NCBI RefSeq assembly: GCF_048568975.1 | Contig: NZ_CP074785.1 | From: Escherichia coli | GTDB lineage: Bacteria > Pseudomonadota > Gammaproteobacteria > Enterobacterales > Enterobacteriaceae | Reading direction: 5' to 3' (one strand) | DNA length: 24,000 bases | Shown: piece by piece, positions 9,598-18,432 of the stretch | Layout of the letters: each line of letters opens with the position of its first letter | Numbering within the stretch: the stretch's first letter is position 1 | Made by a program: the position numbers and the translations under genes | The notes under the pieces: model-generated | Databases searched by the model: none | The model's input: the letters and a program-made list of their open reading frames with translations, nothing else | Told to the model about the DNA's origin: nothing

Positions 9598-11388
9598 ATG
9601 AATCAACCACACGCAGACAACCTTCAGGGCCAACATCCAGATCGCGCAATCTGTTCCGCCGATGAAGACCAGTATGGTTTCATCCACATAGCTACCCAGT
9701 TAGCTGTTGCCGTTAAGGGTATTGGCCGCGAGGGTAGCGCAGTGATCGGTATCGAAGGCCCATGGGGATCAGGGAAAACGAGTCTCCTTAACCTGCTGCG
9801 CAATGCTCTCGTCGAACAAATAGAAGAACGCACTTTTGTATTGACAATATCCCCCTGGCTCGACGGGAGCAACACAAGTCTGGTGGCATCGTTACTGCTT
9901 CCTGTCGCCAACATCATTGCTGCTGAAGAGGAACAGCGACTAGCGCCTGAGGAAAGGACAGCTCTCAGACGACGAAAATCCCTGACACGGACGGCCAAGA
10001 CGATGATAGACTACACCCGGGCAACTGCCCGCAATCTCGCACCCGTCGCCTCAGCCGCCGCCGTTATTCCCGGCGTACCTGATGCCAGTGGCGCGTTGAA
10101 AGCCCTGTCAGAAACTCGTTGGCTGAAGGAAAAGGAGAAAACCACAGCAGAGATGCGGACCGAAATTGCGAAGAAAATAGATGAACTGGATCTTAGCTTT
10201 ATTGTACTGCTCGATGATCTGGATCGTCTCGAGCCAGCACAGGCAGTTGAGGTGATAAGGCTAGTTAAATCTGTAGGTGACTTTCCTCGCTTTCGCTACC
10301 TTCTCTGTTATGACAAAGCCATCCTATCCCAGGCCATCAGCCTAGGGCTGGGGGTACCCGACGGCAACCTATACCTGCAGAAAATTGTTCAGATATCATT
10401 CTGTTTACCGCGCCCAGAAACCTTTGTCTTGCGCAGAAAATTTAGGGATGCCGCTGCCGCGTTATACAGAAAAGTAAACGGGCATGCTCCAGACCGTATT
10501 GTACTAGAGCAATTGACACAAGTGGCTGACGTCTACGGGGCAGCATTAAAAACCCCCAGGGAGGTTCAGATGGTACTGAATGCCCTGACCTTCCTATACC
10601 CGGGCATGCGGGATTACGTGTATTTCCCGGATCTGTGCTTCCTTCAACTGCTGCGCACAACAAATGCGGGTCTTTATGACTGGGTAGAAGAATATCTGTC
10701 AGAACGAGCGGTCGTAGCCGCCGGTGACGGGCATGTAAGTGAGTTAGAGCAGGCAGAGATGGCGGAGAGCCTAAAGTCGCACCTTGCCCGTTATTTCCCT
10801 GCCGAAGCCCATGCGGTGCATGCCCTTGCTCGCTGGGTCCCGGGTATCACCGGCTGGAAAACTGACTCGCCCATCAAACTCTTTGTACCGACTCCCGAAC
10901 AGGATAGTGCCCTGCTGACTGCTGGCAAACGTCTGGGCAGCCAAGCATACTGGCGCTATTATTTCGCTTTTTCCGCCCCACAGAATGTACTTTCACCTGA
11001 AATGCTCAATGAGATATTCGACATCGCCGGATATCCTGAACAACAACATAAGCTTGCAGAACGTCTACTCGGGTATATCCAGAGTAAGGGTTTGTCCTCC
11101 CGAACCTGGTTTGAACACATTCTGACCCAGCTCACCACACAACAGATTGCAACAAGGACACCAGAGCAATGCCGTGGACTGGCGCAGTTCTTCTTTGATT
11201 CCGGAGATAAAATGTTGCAACGCTACCAAGACGAGAATGACTGGTTTTCTATACATGACCTAGACACCTGGAGCGTGACGGACCGCCTCATCAATAAGAT
11301 ACAAAAGGAAAGCGATCAAGAATCTTTCGACTTCCTGTCCACGCAGTTTAAAAACGGTCAGGCCTGGTACTGGATAGCAGAATATTGA
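9598..11388 (+). pseudogene. KAP-family P-loop NTPase, N-terminal portion, interrupted by IS600
   Basis: VIGIEGPWGSGKTSLLNLL (Walker A) and LSFIVLLDDLDRLEP (Walker B, KAP-type). The track ORF starts at 9418, but ATG 9598 (MNQPHADNLQGQHPD...) looks the likelier start. The stop TGA at 11386-11388 is the first three bases of IS600. Confidence 0.85.
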
Positions 11389-11428
11389 GGTGTACTGGCA
11401 ATAGCGGACACTACCATTTGTTCTTTTT

Positions 11429-12247
11429 TTAAGCAGCCATCTGATGATATTTTTCCCTGAAGGCTGCCGGGGAGATATTCCCCAGACGAGAGTGACGACG
11501 CTGACGATTGTAGAAAATCTCAATGTATTCCCGTATTACTGAGATGGCTTCATCCCGGTTATTAAAACGATAGTGGCTCAGGCTCTCATTTTTCAGCGTT
11601 CCCCAGAAGCTTTCCATCGGAGCGTTGTCGTAACAGTTACCTTTACGCGACATTGATGTTTTCAGACCAAACTGCTCCTGTATGACCCGGTAATCGTATG
11701 CGCAGTACTGTGAACCTCGATCAGAGTGGTGGATTAGCCCGGCAGGTGGGCGCTGGCTCCTGAGCGCCATAAACAGAGCTTTACCTGTCAGCTCTTTTGT
11801 CATGCGCTCTCCCATGGCGTAGCCGACAATTTCGCACGTATAAACATCTTTGATGCCAGCGAGGTACAACCATCCCTCCTGTGTGGCAACATACGTCAGG
11901 TCCGCCACCCAGACCTGATTTGGTGCTGTAGGAGCGAACGTCTGGTTCAGCAGATTTGGCGCAACTGGCAGATTGTGGTTCGAGTTCGTAGTCGCTCTGA
12001 ACTTGCGTTTCTGCTTACAGCGTAGCCTTAGCTCCTTACGAAGACGTGCCAGTCGGTCACGACCAACGATGATGCCATTCTCTGCCAGCTCCGTCTGGAG
12101 CCGCCGGGTTCCATATGTTTCGCGAGTGCGGATATGTGCCACCTTAATCTCCAGTTTTAGCCGCTCATCACTTTGTTTTCTGTCTGAGGGTTCATGCTGT
12201 ACCCAGTTGTAATAACCGCTCCTGGATACACCAAATACCTGACACAT
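11429..12247 (-). CDS. IS600 OrfB (IS3-family DDE integrase)
   Basis: APNQVWVADLTYVATQEGWLYLAGIKD...HHSDRGSQYCAYDY...SMSRKGNCYDNAPMESFWGTLKNE: DDE signature of IS3-family OrfB. Confidence 0.93.
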   Translation of the reverse strand: MCQVFGVSRSGYYNWVQHEPSDRKQSDERLKLEIKVAHIRTRETYGTRRLQTELAENGIIVGRDRLARLRKELRLRCKQKRKFRATTNSNHNLPVAPNLLNQTFAPTAPNQVWVADLTYVATQEGWLYLAGIKDVYTCEIVGYAMGERMTKELTGKALFMALRSQRPPAGLIHHSDRGSQYCAYDYRVIQEQFGLKTSMSRKGNCYDNAPMESFWGTLKNESLSHYRFNNRDEAISVIREYIEIFYNRQRRHSRLGNISPAAFREKYHQMAA

Positions 12248-12282
12248 CGCTTCAATGGGAAATTGTTGTCGCCATTGTTCGA

Positions 12283-12585
12283 TTAACGCGTATTTTTCAG
12301 CGACTCCTGTGCAAAATACGCTGTTGCTTTTTTTAATATATCTCGCTCAAGGCGAGCTTCATTTAACGCCTTACGCAGTTGCAGAATTTCAGATTCCAGT
12401 TCAGCCACCGTGCGGGAACCAGGAGTACCGAGCCCTTTTCTGGCGGCGGTAACCCATTGTCCTAAAGTGCCTTCAGGAAGAGATAATCGGGAAGCGCCTT
12501 CACTGATCGAAAGTTGATTTTCAAGAACCGTTCTGACAGCTTCGGCTTTGAACTCTTTAGAGTAACGTTGGGTTTTTCTGCTCAT
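12283..12585 (-). CDS. IS600 OrfA (IS3-family HTH protein)
   Basis: MSRKTQRYSKEFKAEAVRTVLENQLSISEGASRLSLPEGTLGQWVTAARKG...LERDILKKATAYFAQ; IS3-family OrfA with C-terminal leucine-zipper-like region. Confidence 0.9.
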   Translation of the reverse strand: MSRKTQRYSKEFKAEAVRTVLENQLSISEGASRLSLPEGTLGQWVTAARKGLGTPGSRTVAELESEILQLRKALNEARLERDILKKATAYFAQESLKNTR

Positions 12586-12652
12586 TATTAGCTCCTTCTG
12601 ATGCCATTCTATTTCAGGAAGGAGTGTCCGTTAAACTCAGGCTACCTCATAT

Positions 12653-13105
12653 ATGCGTCATCTGCTGTGGCAGCACGGAAGAGTTGGAGACAGAGCAGTA
12701 CATGAGCAGCAAAAGTGGATACCATCTTTTCAACTCGACTCCTTATGTGAAACTCTGGCACATCGTCTGAATGGGAAAGTGATCACCGACCAACTAGCCA
12801 GTTTCCCTCAGTTAAACGGTTATATCTGGGCATGGCGTGATATCAGTGGCGTTGAAGCAGTTAGGACCTGGGTTCAGGAACAAATCCGGGATGATGAAGC
12901 CTTTTTGAAACTACTGTTACAATTGTGTTATCACGGAATCAGCTCTGCAGAAGGACGTTTCACCGCCCTGAAACTGAGTGACCTAGCTGACTTTTTCGGG
13001 GAACCAGACCAGATCAGAGAACGCATTGAAAACATCAGGAAAGCAGGCCCACTGGCTGAAATGGCTAAGCAGGTTGAGACGTCGATTAAACGAAATAGGT
13101 TTTAG
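12653..13105 (+). pseudogene. C-terminal portion of the KAP NTPase, separated by IS600
   Basis: Removing IS600 plus one TAT copy joins codon TAT (11383-11385) directly to 12653 in frame. The track ATG at 12653 is an internal codon of the ancestral gene. Confidence 0.85.
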
Positions 13106-13409
13106 ATTATGCCCCTCTTGGTAGTGAGCATCAATGAGTAAGGTCGCAACCAGCTTATTGGTGCCGTTGTTTACCACTGTCTAGTGGGAGTTACGTAATG
13201 TTCCGGTGACCTCTGTCAGCGCCAATGATATAAGACAGTCAAACATCATGGCGTTGACATCGTTACCTGTATCCGATCCACTGAGGCACCACGACAGAAA
13301 TTCGCGCCCCTACACTGATGACAAAGCCCCCGAACCTTGCAGCATATTAACTCCGGCACCTCCCAACAACTTACAGAAACTTAATTCTAATACCTAATAC
13401 AGCTGTAAT

Positions 13410-13973
13410 TCAGTTGTGTCGTGGTCGGCCCCGGTTGCTTTTTTCGGGAAGCCTGCTACGGCCCAGAATAATACCGTGTTCTTTCTGATCCTGTTTAGCC
13501 AGATAGCTAAGGGCGTAACGTAAGTTGTCTACCGCGGACTTATCACTATAGTGCATCACGTGATCGATACGCACCGGGTATTTGTCTTTAGCCCGGCAAA
13601 GGTGAAAGTAACCCTCCCCTTCCGTGATCTGCCTCCAGATATCTCCCAGTTGCCTGGATATCTGATAAGAGTTCTTGTGACGTTGCCCATCCAGGTAGCC
13701 GACAAAATGAATATGAAGCCCTTTGTTTTGTGTATATTCCATTACCCAGTAATATCCCGCCAACATCGATTGGGTTTCGCTAAGTAAGCGGTATATTTCC
13801 ATACACATACTGTGCTTACAGCCATGACCAAAACTGGGCGTGTCTTTCCTGTAGGCAAAATCAATTCTGAAAGGTAACAGTTTAGAAAAACGTTGAAACA
13901 GACCTTCCATGTGTTCATTCACGTCTTTCAGAATCATGAAATCCATTTCGTAATTGGGATTAGCATTATACAT
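13410..13973 (-). CDS. yfjJ: YagK/YfjJ family (inovirus Gp2-like) protein with HUH-type motif
   Basis: 187 aa; KGLHIHFVGYLDG (H-x-H core of an HUH motif) followed by DNLRYALSYLAKQDQK (Tyr/Lys motif). Position next to yfjI matches CP4-57. Confidence 0.8.
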   Translation of the reverse strand: MYNANPNYEMDFMILKDVNEHMEGLFQRFSKLLPFRIDFAYRKDTPSFGHGCKHSMCMEIYRLLSETQSMLAGYYWVMEYTQNKGLHIHFVGYLDGQRHKNSYQISRQLGDIWRQITEGEGYFHLCRAKDKYPVRIDHVMHYSDKSAVDNLRYALSYLAKQDQKEHGIILGRSRLPEKSNRGRPRHN

Positions 13974-14947
13974 TTTATAGTCCTTACTTTATAAAACTCA
14001 CAGGAAGAGGAAATTACGTAAATGCTGAGGATACAGAAACGTCGTACCACGGCATTAATAAACGAGGTAACCAGCAGCACAGACAACCTGATAAAACTGT
14101 TTGGTATTACCTCATTACAGTAATAGGGTAATGATTCAGAATACAGTAAGACTCTCTTAAACTGAGGACCAGAACGAATTACAATAAAAAACACACCTCA
14201 TATAATTGAGTTTAAGAAAGCACCATTCAATTACTTACAGGAAATAATCTGATCTTCACAAAAGTCAGCATTGAATAGCCACAGGCAACATCGCTATTAG
14301 TATTGCCGTACCATTAAGTAAAAACAGAGACTCTGCAGAGAGAGCCTACAGATATTTAATCTCACAATAAGAAGATTATTTCATACAGAAAAGATTATAT
14401 TTACCCATAAACTGTAACGGAGCTATAACGTACGAACTAAAGACAATATACTCTAATAGTGTTCTGGTACGTAACTAGTGTTAAATACAAACCAGACATA
14501 CATTCAGTGGATTAACTTTCTCAATATTACGCTATAAGTGTAGTAACATAATTTACACATAACTAAACTCCATACACCACCACACTGTAGTGTATGGAGA
14601 TATATGCATTACGCACATACAGAATACTTAGCATAAAGAGGAGTGATATTACGATAGAAAGAGAGAGATAAGATAACATAACAGATAACATAACTCCCAT
14701 TAATAATACTAATTAACCTAAATTATTTATTGAACACGAAAACAATGAAGGTCCCACCTCACCTCAGACTAAAGCCGACAATATCCTGAGCAACACTCTA
14801 TCCAATAGTAAATAGTGGTTACACCAGTTATATTTACTGACTGACCTGTACCAGAGTTTTCTAATACAACAACGCTGACGTGGTAAAGGCATTAGTCTCC
14901 TCCGCAAGTAGCAGAGGAGACTATATGTTACTCAACGATTAAGTCGT

Positions 14948-16381
14948 TCAGAGGTCAAAGTTAGGTGCGACACACAACGTTTTTCCCTCAATAACCGGTA
15001 CAACTCTGTTTTGTTCATACAGTAAATCCAGTAACCAGTTGATTTTATCCTTTTTCCGGAAACGGTTCGGACCACGCTGTAAAATATCATTTTTTTTCAT
15101 ACAGGGGATCCCCTTCTCAATGCAATAGCTTTTTATCCAGTTGAAAAGTTCAAGCTCCTCTGGAATGAGTCGCACAGGTACGGTCAGGGCAGGGTTGTCA
15201 AAAGTTAACGGATTAGACAACCGCACATACTCATTACCGTACCATATTGCTAATTCTCTCGCCATTTCTGCAGTGTAAGGGGAAATGTCCCCCTCTTCAC
15301 CGCTCGAATGGTGAATAAGTCCTGCCAGTCTTGCCATATACTCTGCATTTTTAGCAGCATATTCCCGGCAATGTCTTAAAGGCCCCAATCCCCCCAGCTT
15401 CGATTCCACATCGTTGTAATAATCCGTCCAGATTCTGGCAGCCTGAGGAGAAAAGTGAAGGCAACGTCGTTCACCACTCATCGCCAGATTTTCATCAATA
15501 AGCTCATTGATCCTCTGTTCAAACAAATCCTGATACTGTGATGAATAATTATCTCCGGTTATTATCCTTGTCCCCTGCGTTGATGTTGGTTGACACATCA
15601 AAAACCTTGCATGATGTCCTGACGTTTTCACAAGTTCTTTTTTTCGCGTACAAAAACCTTTCTGGTAAACATCAGGCTGAATCATCACCGATACCGTCAG
15701 TCTTGGATCCTTCAAAATAATTCCGGGAGATGATTTCCTGTCGATGAAAAGAGAACCACCATCCCACAAAGAGTTAAGTATTCCAAGTTTACTCATTGCC
15801 CGGCCATCAAAAATTATTCCTCCTTCACTGGATACAAGAGCAAAAGAGCGATTGCTGTCGGAATAATATTTTAACATTCCCTCTATCGTTGTCTCATTGA
15901 AAATTGTCCGGCGTATCTGCGGCGGAACAGGACATTTATTCAGATGTCTTTTAAGCTCTGACTCTGTTGCCTTACAATCTTTACCGGCGCGAATTTCTTT
16001 ATGCAATTTTGACTCCAGTGCTTTTTGCTTTTGCTCCCATATTTCCTTTTCTGTACTGTAATTCTCAACCAGTTTCGCGTATTCTTCCGCCAGGGCTTCA
16101 TCCCTGAGATAAAATGCTTTCATAAACACTTTATCCACGGTCGTTTTCCTTTCACCGGAATCAGCCAGAATCAGAGAGTAAAGATTAACAGGCCCACGTA
16201 AATTTCCAGGTCTGCACACGTCAATCTGATTCTGACAGGCACTTGAGAACGCTGTTAATGCGGATGTCGCCACCATAGCCAAAGGTGCCTGTGTATTTTT
16301 TTGAGTTTCAATTATTGCATTTCTCACCAGCGGTGGTAGTGCATATATCGGATAAGGATTTTCTGGTGCAAGTAAGCACAT
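14948..16381 (-). CDS. yfjI: YfjI family (DUF3987) protein of CP4-57-like elements
   Basis: 477 aa; N-terminus MCLLAPENPYPIYALPPLVRNAIIETQKNTQAPLAMVATSALTAFSSACQNQIDVCRPGNLRGPVNLYSLILADSGERKTTVDKVF. RBS-like AGAGAGG upstream of ATG 16381. Confidence 0.88.
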   Translation of the reverse strand: MCLLAPENPYPIYALPPLVRNAIIETQKNTQAPLAMVATSALTAFSSACQNQIDVCRPGNLRGPVNLYSLILADSGERKTTVDKVFMKAFYLRDEALAEEYAKLVENYSTEKEIWEQKQKALESKLHKEIRAGKDCKATESELKRHLNKCPVPPQIRRTIFNETTIEGMLKYYSDSNRSFALVSSEGGIIFDGRAMSKLGILNSLWDGGSLFIDRKSSPGIILKDPRLTVSVMIQPDVYQKGFCTRKKELVKTSGHHARFLMCQPTSTQGTRIITGDNYSSQYQDLFEQRINELIDENLAMSGERRCLHFSPQAARIWTDYYNDVESKLGGLGPLRHCREYAAKNAEYMARLAGLIHHSSGEEGDISPYTAEMARELAIWYGNEYVRLSNPLTFDNPALTVPVRLIPEELELFNWIKSYCIEKGIPCMKKNDILQRGPNRFRKKDKINWLLDLLYEQNRVVPVIEGKTLCVAPNFDL

Positions 16382-16599
16382 AAAAGCCTCTCTTTTCAGT
16401 AATGGGTTAGTAAAATAGCAGCAAATCCCGCTACAATAGCGAAAATAGCTGCTATTCAGACCTGATGCTCTGAGAAATACAGAGCATTTGTAGATCTGAT
16501 GTTTAATAAACCGATAAGGTTAATTCAGTGCAGACTGTATTATTTACCACGAAACATCATTCATATTTCTCATTCTTAATACCTCCTGAAATTATTTCA

Positions 16600-16848
16600 C
16601 TAATACCTTTCCCCCGGTCTTTTCCCTTTCTCCAGAACCATAGTGTAAATATTAACGGCCCCACGTAAATTTCCGGGGCTGCATACGTCAACCTGATTCT
16701 GACAGGCAATTGACATCGCTGTTAATACTGACATTGCAACCAGAGTCAGAGGTACTTGTTTATTGTATTGAGCTTTAATTATTGCCTTCCCTATCATTGA
16801 TGGTCACGCATATACTGAATACGGCATATCCGGTTTGATGTAAGACAT
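16600..16848 (-). pseudogene. partial duplicate of the yfjI 5' end
   Basis: MSYIKPDMPYSVYA*PSMIGKAIIKAQYNKQVPLTLVAMSVLTAMSIACQNQVDVCSPGNLRGAVNIYTMVLEKGKRPGERY* aligns with residues 1-80 of the adjacent YfjI; has an internal stop and is truncated. Confidence 0.85.
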
Positions 16849-17023
16849 AAATGCTTCCTTTTTCGTAATACGTTTCGGTTATAGCAGCAATTACCGCTAC
16901 AATAGCGACAATAGCTGCTCTTTCAACAATGAATGCTGGAAATTCTGTTTATCAATTAAACTTCTGGCTAAATTGTTCTTATGCTTCTTTTTCCTCCTGA
17001 GGTGATCACGTGATGACAAAAAC

Positions 17024-17323
17024 TTATCTGCTCATGGTCATATCTGAAGAAAGCGTATGTCGCACTTCGTCATTAACACCTTTGACTGCTGATCTGGCAG
17101 GTACAGTATGTAAAGTAAGCCATTCGTCAATAGCTGATGAACGCCATCCCACAGAACCACTACCAAGACGTACCGGCCTGGGGAAGGTTGCATCGTAGTA
17201 TTTCGATAACGGATTCATTTTTTCGTAAATTGTCGAACGAGATATACCTAACAATTGGCTCAGTTCAGGCATCCGTAAGATGCGTGAAGGAGTCCAGCAG
17301 TATCCGGATTGATCTGGCATTTT
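17024..17323 (-). CDS. alpA: AlpA-family transcriptional regulator / excisionase-like protein
   Basis: MPDQSGYCWTPSRILRMPELSQLLGISRSTIYEKMNPLSKYYDATFPRPVRLGSGSVGWRSSAIDEWL: classic AlpA/Vis winged-HTH. The track ORF begins at 17404; MPDQ at 17323 (or MGDK just upstream) is a likelier start. Confidence 0.88.
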   Translation of the reverse strand, partial: KMPDQSGYCWTPSRILRMPELSQLLGISRSTIYEKMNPLSKYYDATFPRPVRLGSGSVGWRSSAIDEWLTLHTVPARSAVKGVNDEVRHTLSSDMTMSR

Positions 17324-17528
17324 ATCCCCCATAGTGTGGTGAACTGTCGTTACAGTTTGTATTCCCCGGGTAAATTTGTCTGCGTAAAAAAATGGGCTGA
17401 GCAAAAAGACAATAAATAATTAAAAATCAATACGATAGAAAACAACAGCATTATTGTTATTTTACTTTCACCTTATCGCTGTCGATTCTCATTATCATTC
17501 ATTGGTAAAAAACAGCAAAAGAGGCCCT

Positions 17529-18292
17529 GGTAATGACTCCAGTCAGTAGTACAGTGTTTTCGACAAATGAACCAATGGCTTTTCGTGAATTTCCAGGGAG
17601 CGTGAAAAGCAAATCGTTTTCCGGGCTGGTCGTTTGATGTGAGTACGAAGTGTCAGATTGTTGCGCTCAATGCGCCGGGTAAATATCTTGCCGACAAGAT
17701 GCTTATCCTGTGGCATTTCTCTGGTATAACTGCTCCGGTTGTCTCTGGTTATCATGCCTGTGGAGAATGGCTTCAGGAGTTCCGGCAACTCACGACATGT
17801 TTCATCAGTGCGAGGACCAAAAGTGTAAGCCAGCACACCTCCAGATTTGGTGTTATACGCATACCAGTGCCACTGCTGACGAGCTTTATTTTCGACAAAA
17901 CTCCATTGTTCATCAAGTTCGCAGATAAGCGTCACATCGGCACTGGCGACTGGAGATGTGGTTACTTTGCGTGGTGAGCGTTTTATAAAGTGAGAATGAC
18001 GGTGTTGATATCCACCTTCAGCGTTCTGGAGCTATCGCGAACCCCGACTCCGTTATGAACCATTTCAACAATTTGCTCTTTAATGCCTGGTTTTCGGGTT
18101 TCGTAGATGTAATGCAGTTAAAATACACACGTTTGCAGGATTAGCACTGGAAACGCTCATGATCTGAGGTGCTGTGATCATAATGGTACACTTTATAGGA
18201 ATTACAGCGGGGAGAATGTACTGTAACTGTTGCCATATGGTCTCCAGATACCAATAGAATACCACATTAATCTATCGTCAGAAGGCATCACC
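17529..18292 (-). mobile_element. degraded IS1-family element, about 764 bp
   Basis: Ends GGTAATGACTCC (17529) and, on the minus strand, GGTGATGCCTTCTGAC (ending at 18292) match the two IS1 ends. Contains recognisable insA and insB remnants. Flanks GAGGCCCT / GGGGCCTT are a diverged 8-bp duplication (6/8). Confidence 0.85.
17543..17935 (-). pseudogene. IS1-family InsB transposase remnant
   Basis: TLICELDEQWSFVENKARQQWHWYAYNTKSGGVLAYTFGPRTDETCRELPELLKPFSTGMITRDNRSSYTREMPQDKHLVGKIFTRRIERNNLTLRTHIKRPARKTICFSRSLEIHEK; C-terminal end diverges. The insA part upstream has an in-frame stop (HERFQC*SCKRVY). Confidence 0.88.
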
Positions 18293-18432
18293 GGGGCCTT
18301 CTGACATAATCTGTTAATACGTGTTCTATTACCCTGTTCAGAAAATATTGATTCAAAAATGAAAACCAGTTAACAGAAAAGCAAAATGATATAATGTTAA
18401 AATTTTATATAGTGCAATAAAAGGAGAATGTT

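Larger units (their letters stand above)
11386..12649 (-). mobile_element. IS600 (IS3 family), complete, 1264 bp, with 3-bp target duplication TAT
   Basis: Terminal inverted repeats TGAGGTGTACTGGCAATAGCGGACAC / TGAGGTAGCCTGAGTTTAACGGACAC (second read on the minus strand). TAT at 11383-11385 and at 12650-12652. Contains orfA and orfB on the minus strand. Confidence 0.93.

Noticed and set aside
9624-11256. Minus-strand ORFs 9624..9998, 10442..10663 and 11065..11256
   Set aside because: Antisense to the KAP NTPase; no recognisable domain.
11973-12212. Plus-strand 79-aa ORF inside IS600
   Set aside because: Antisense to OrfB; spurious.
13206-13397. 63-aa ORF downstream of the KAP remnant
   Set aside because: Low-complexity sequence, no clear RBS or family; not supported as a gene.
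14671-14694. AGATAACATAAC x2 considered as an iteron array
   Set aside because: Only two copies in low-complexity A/T-rich DNA; insufficient to call iterons, kept only as part of the intergenic-region finding.
17639-17977. Plus-strand ORFs over the IS1-family element (17639..17977, 17710..17928)
   Set aside because: Antisense to insB; spurious.
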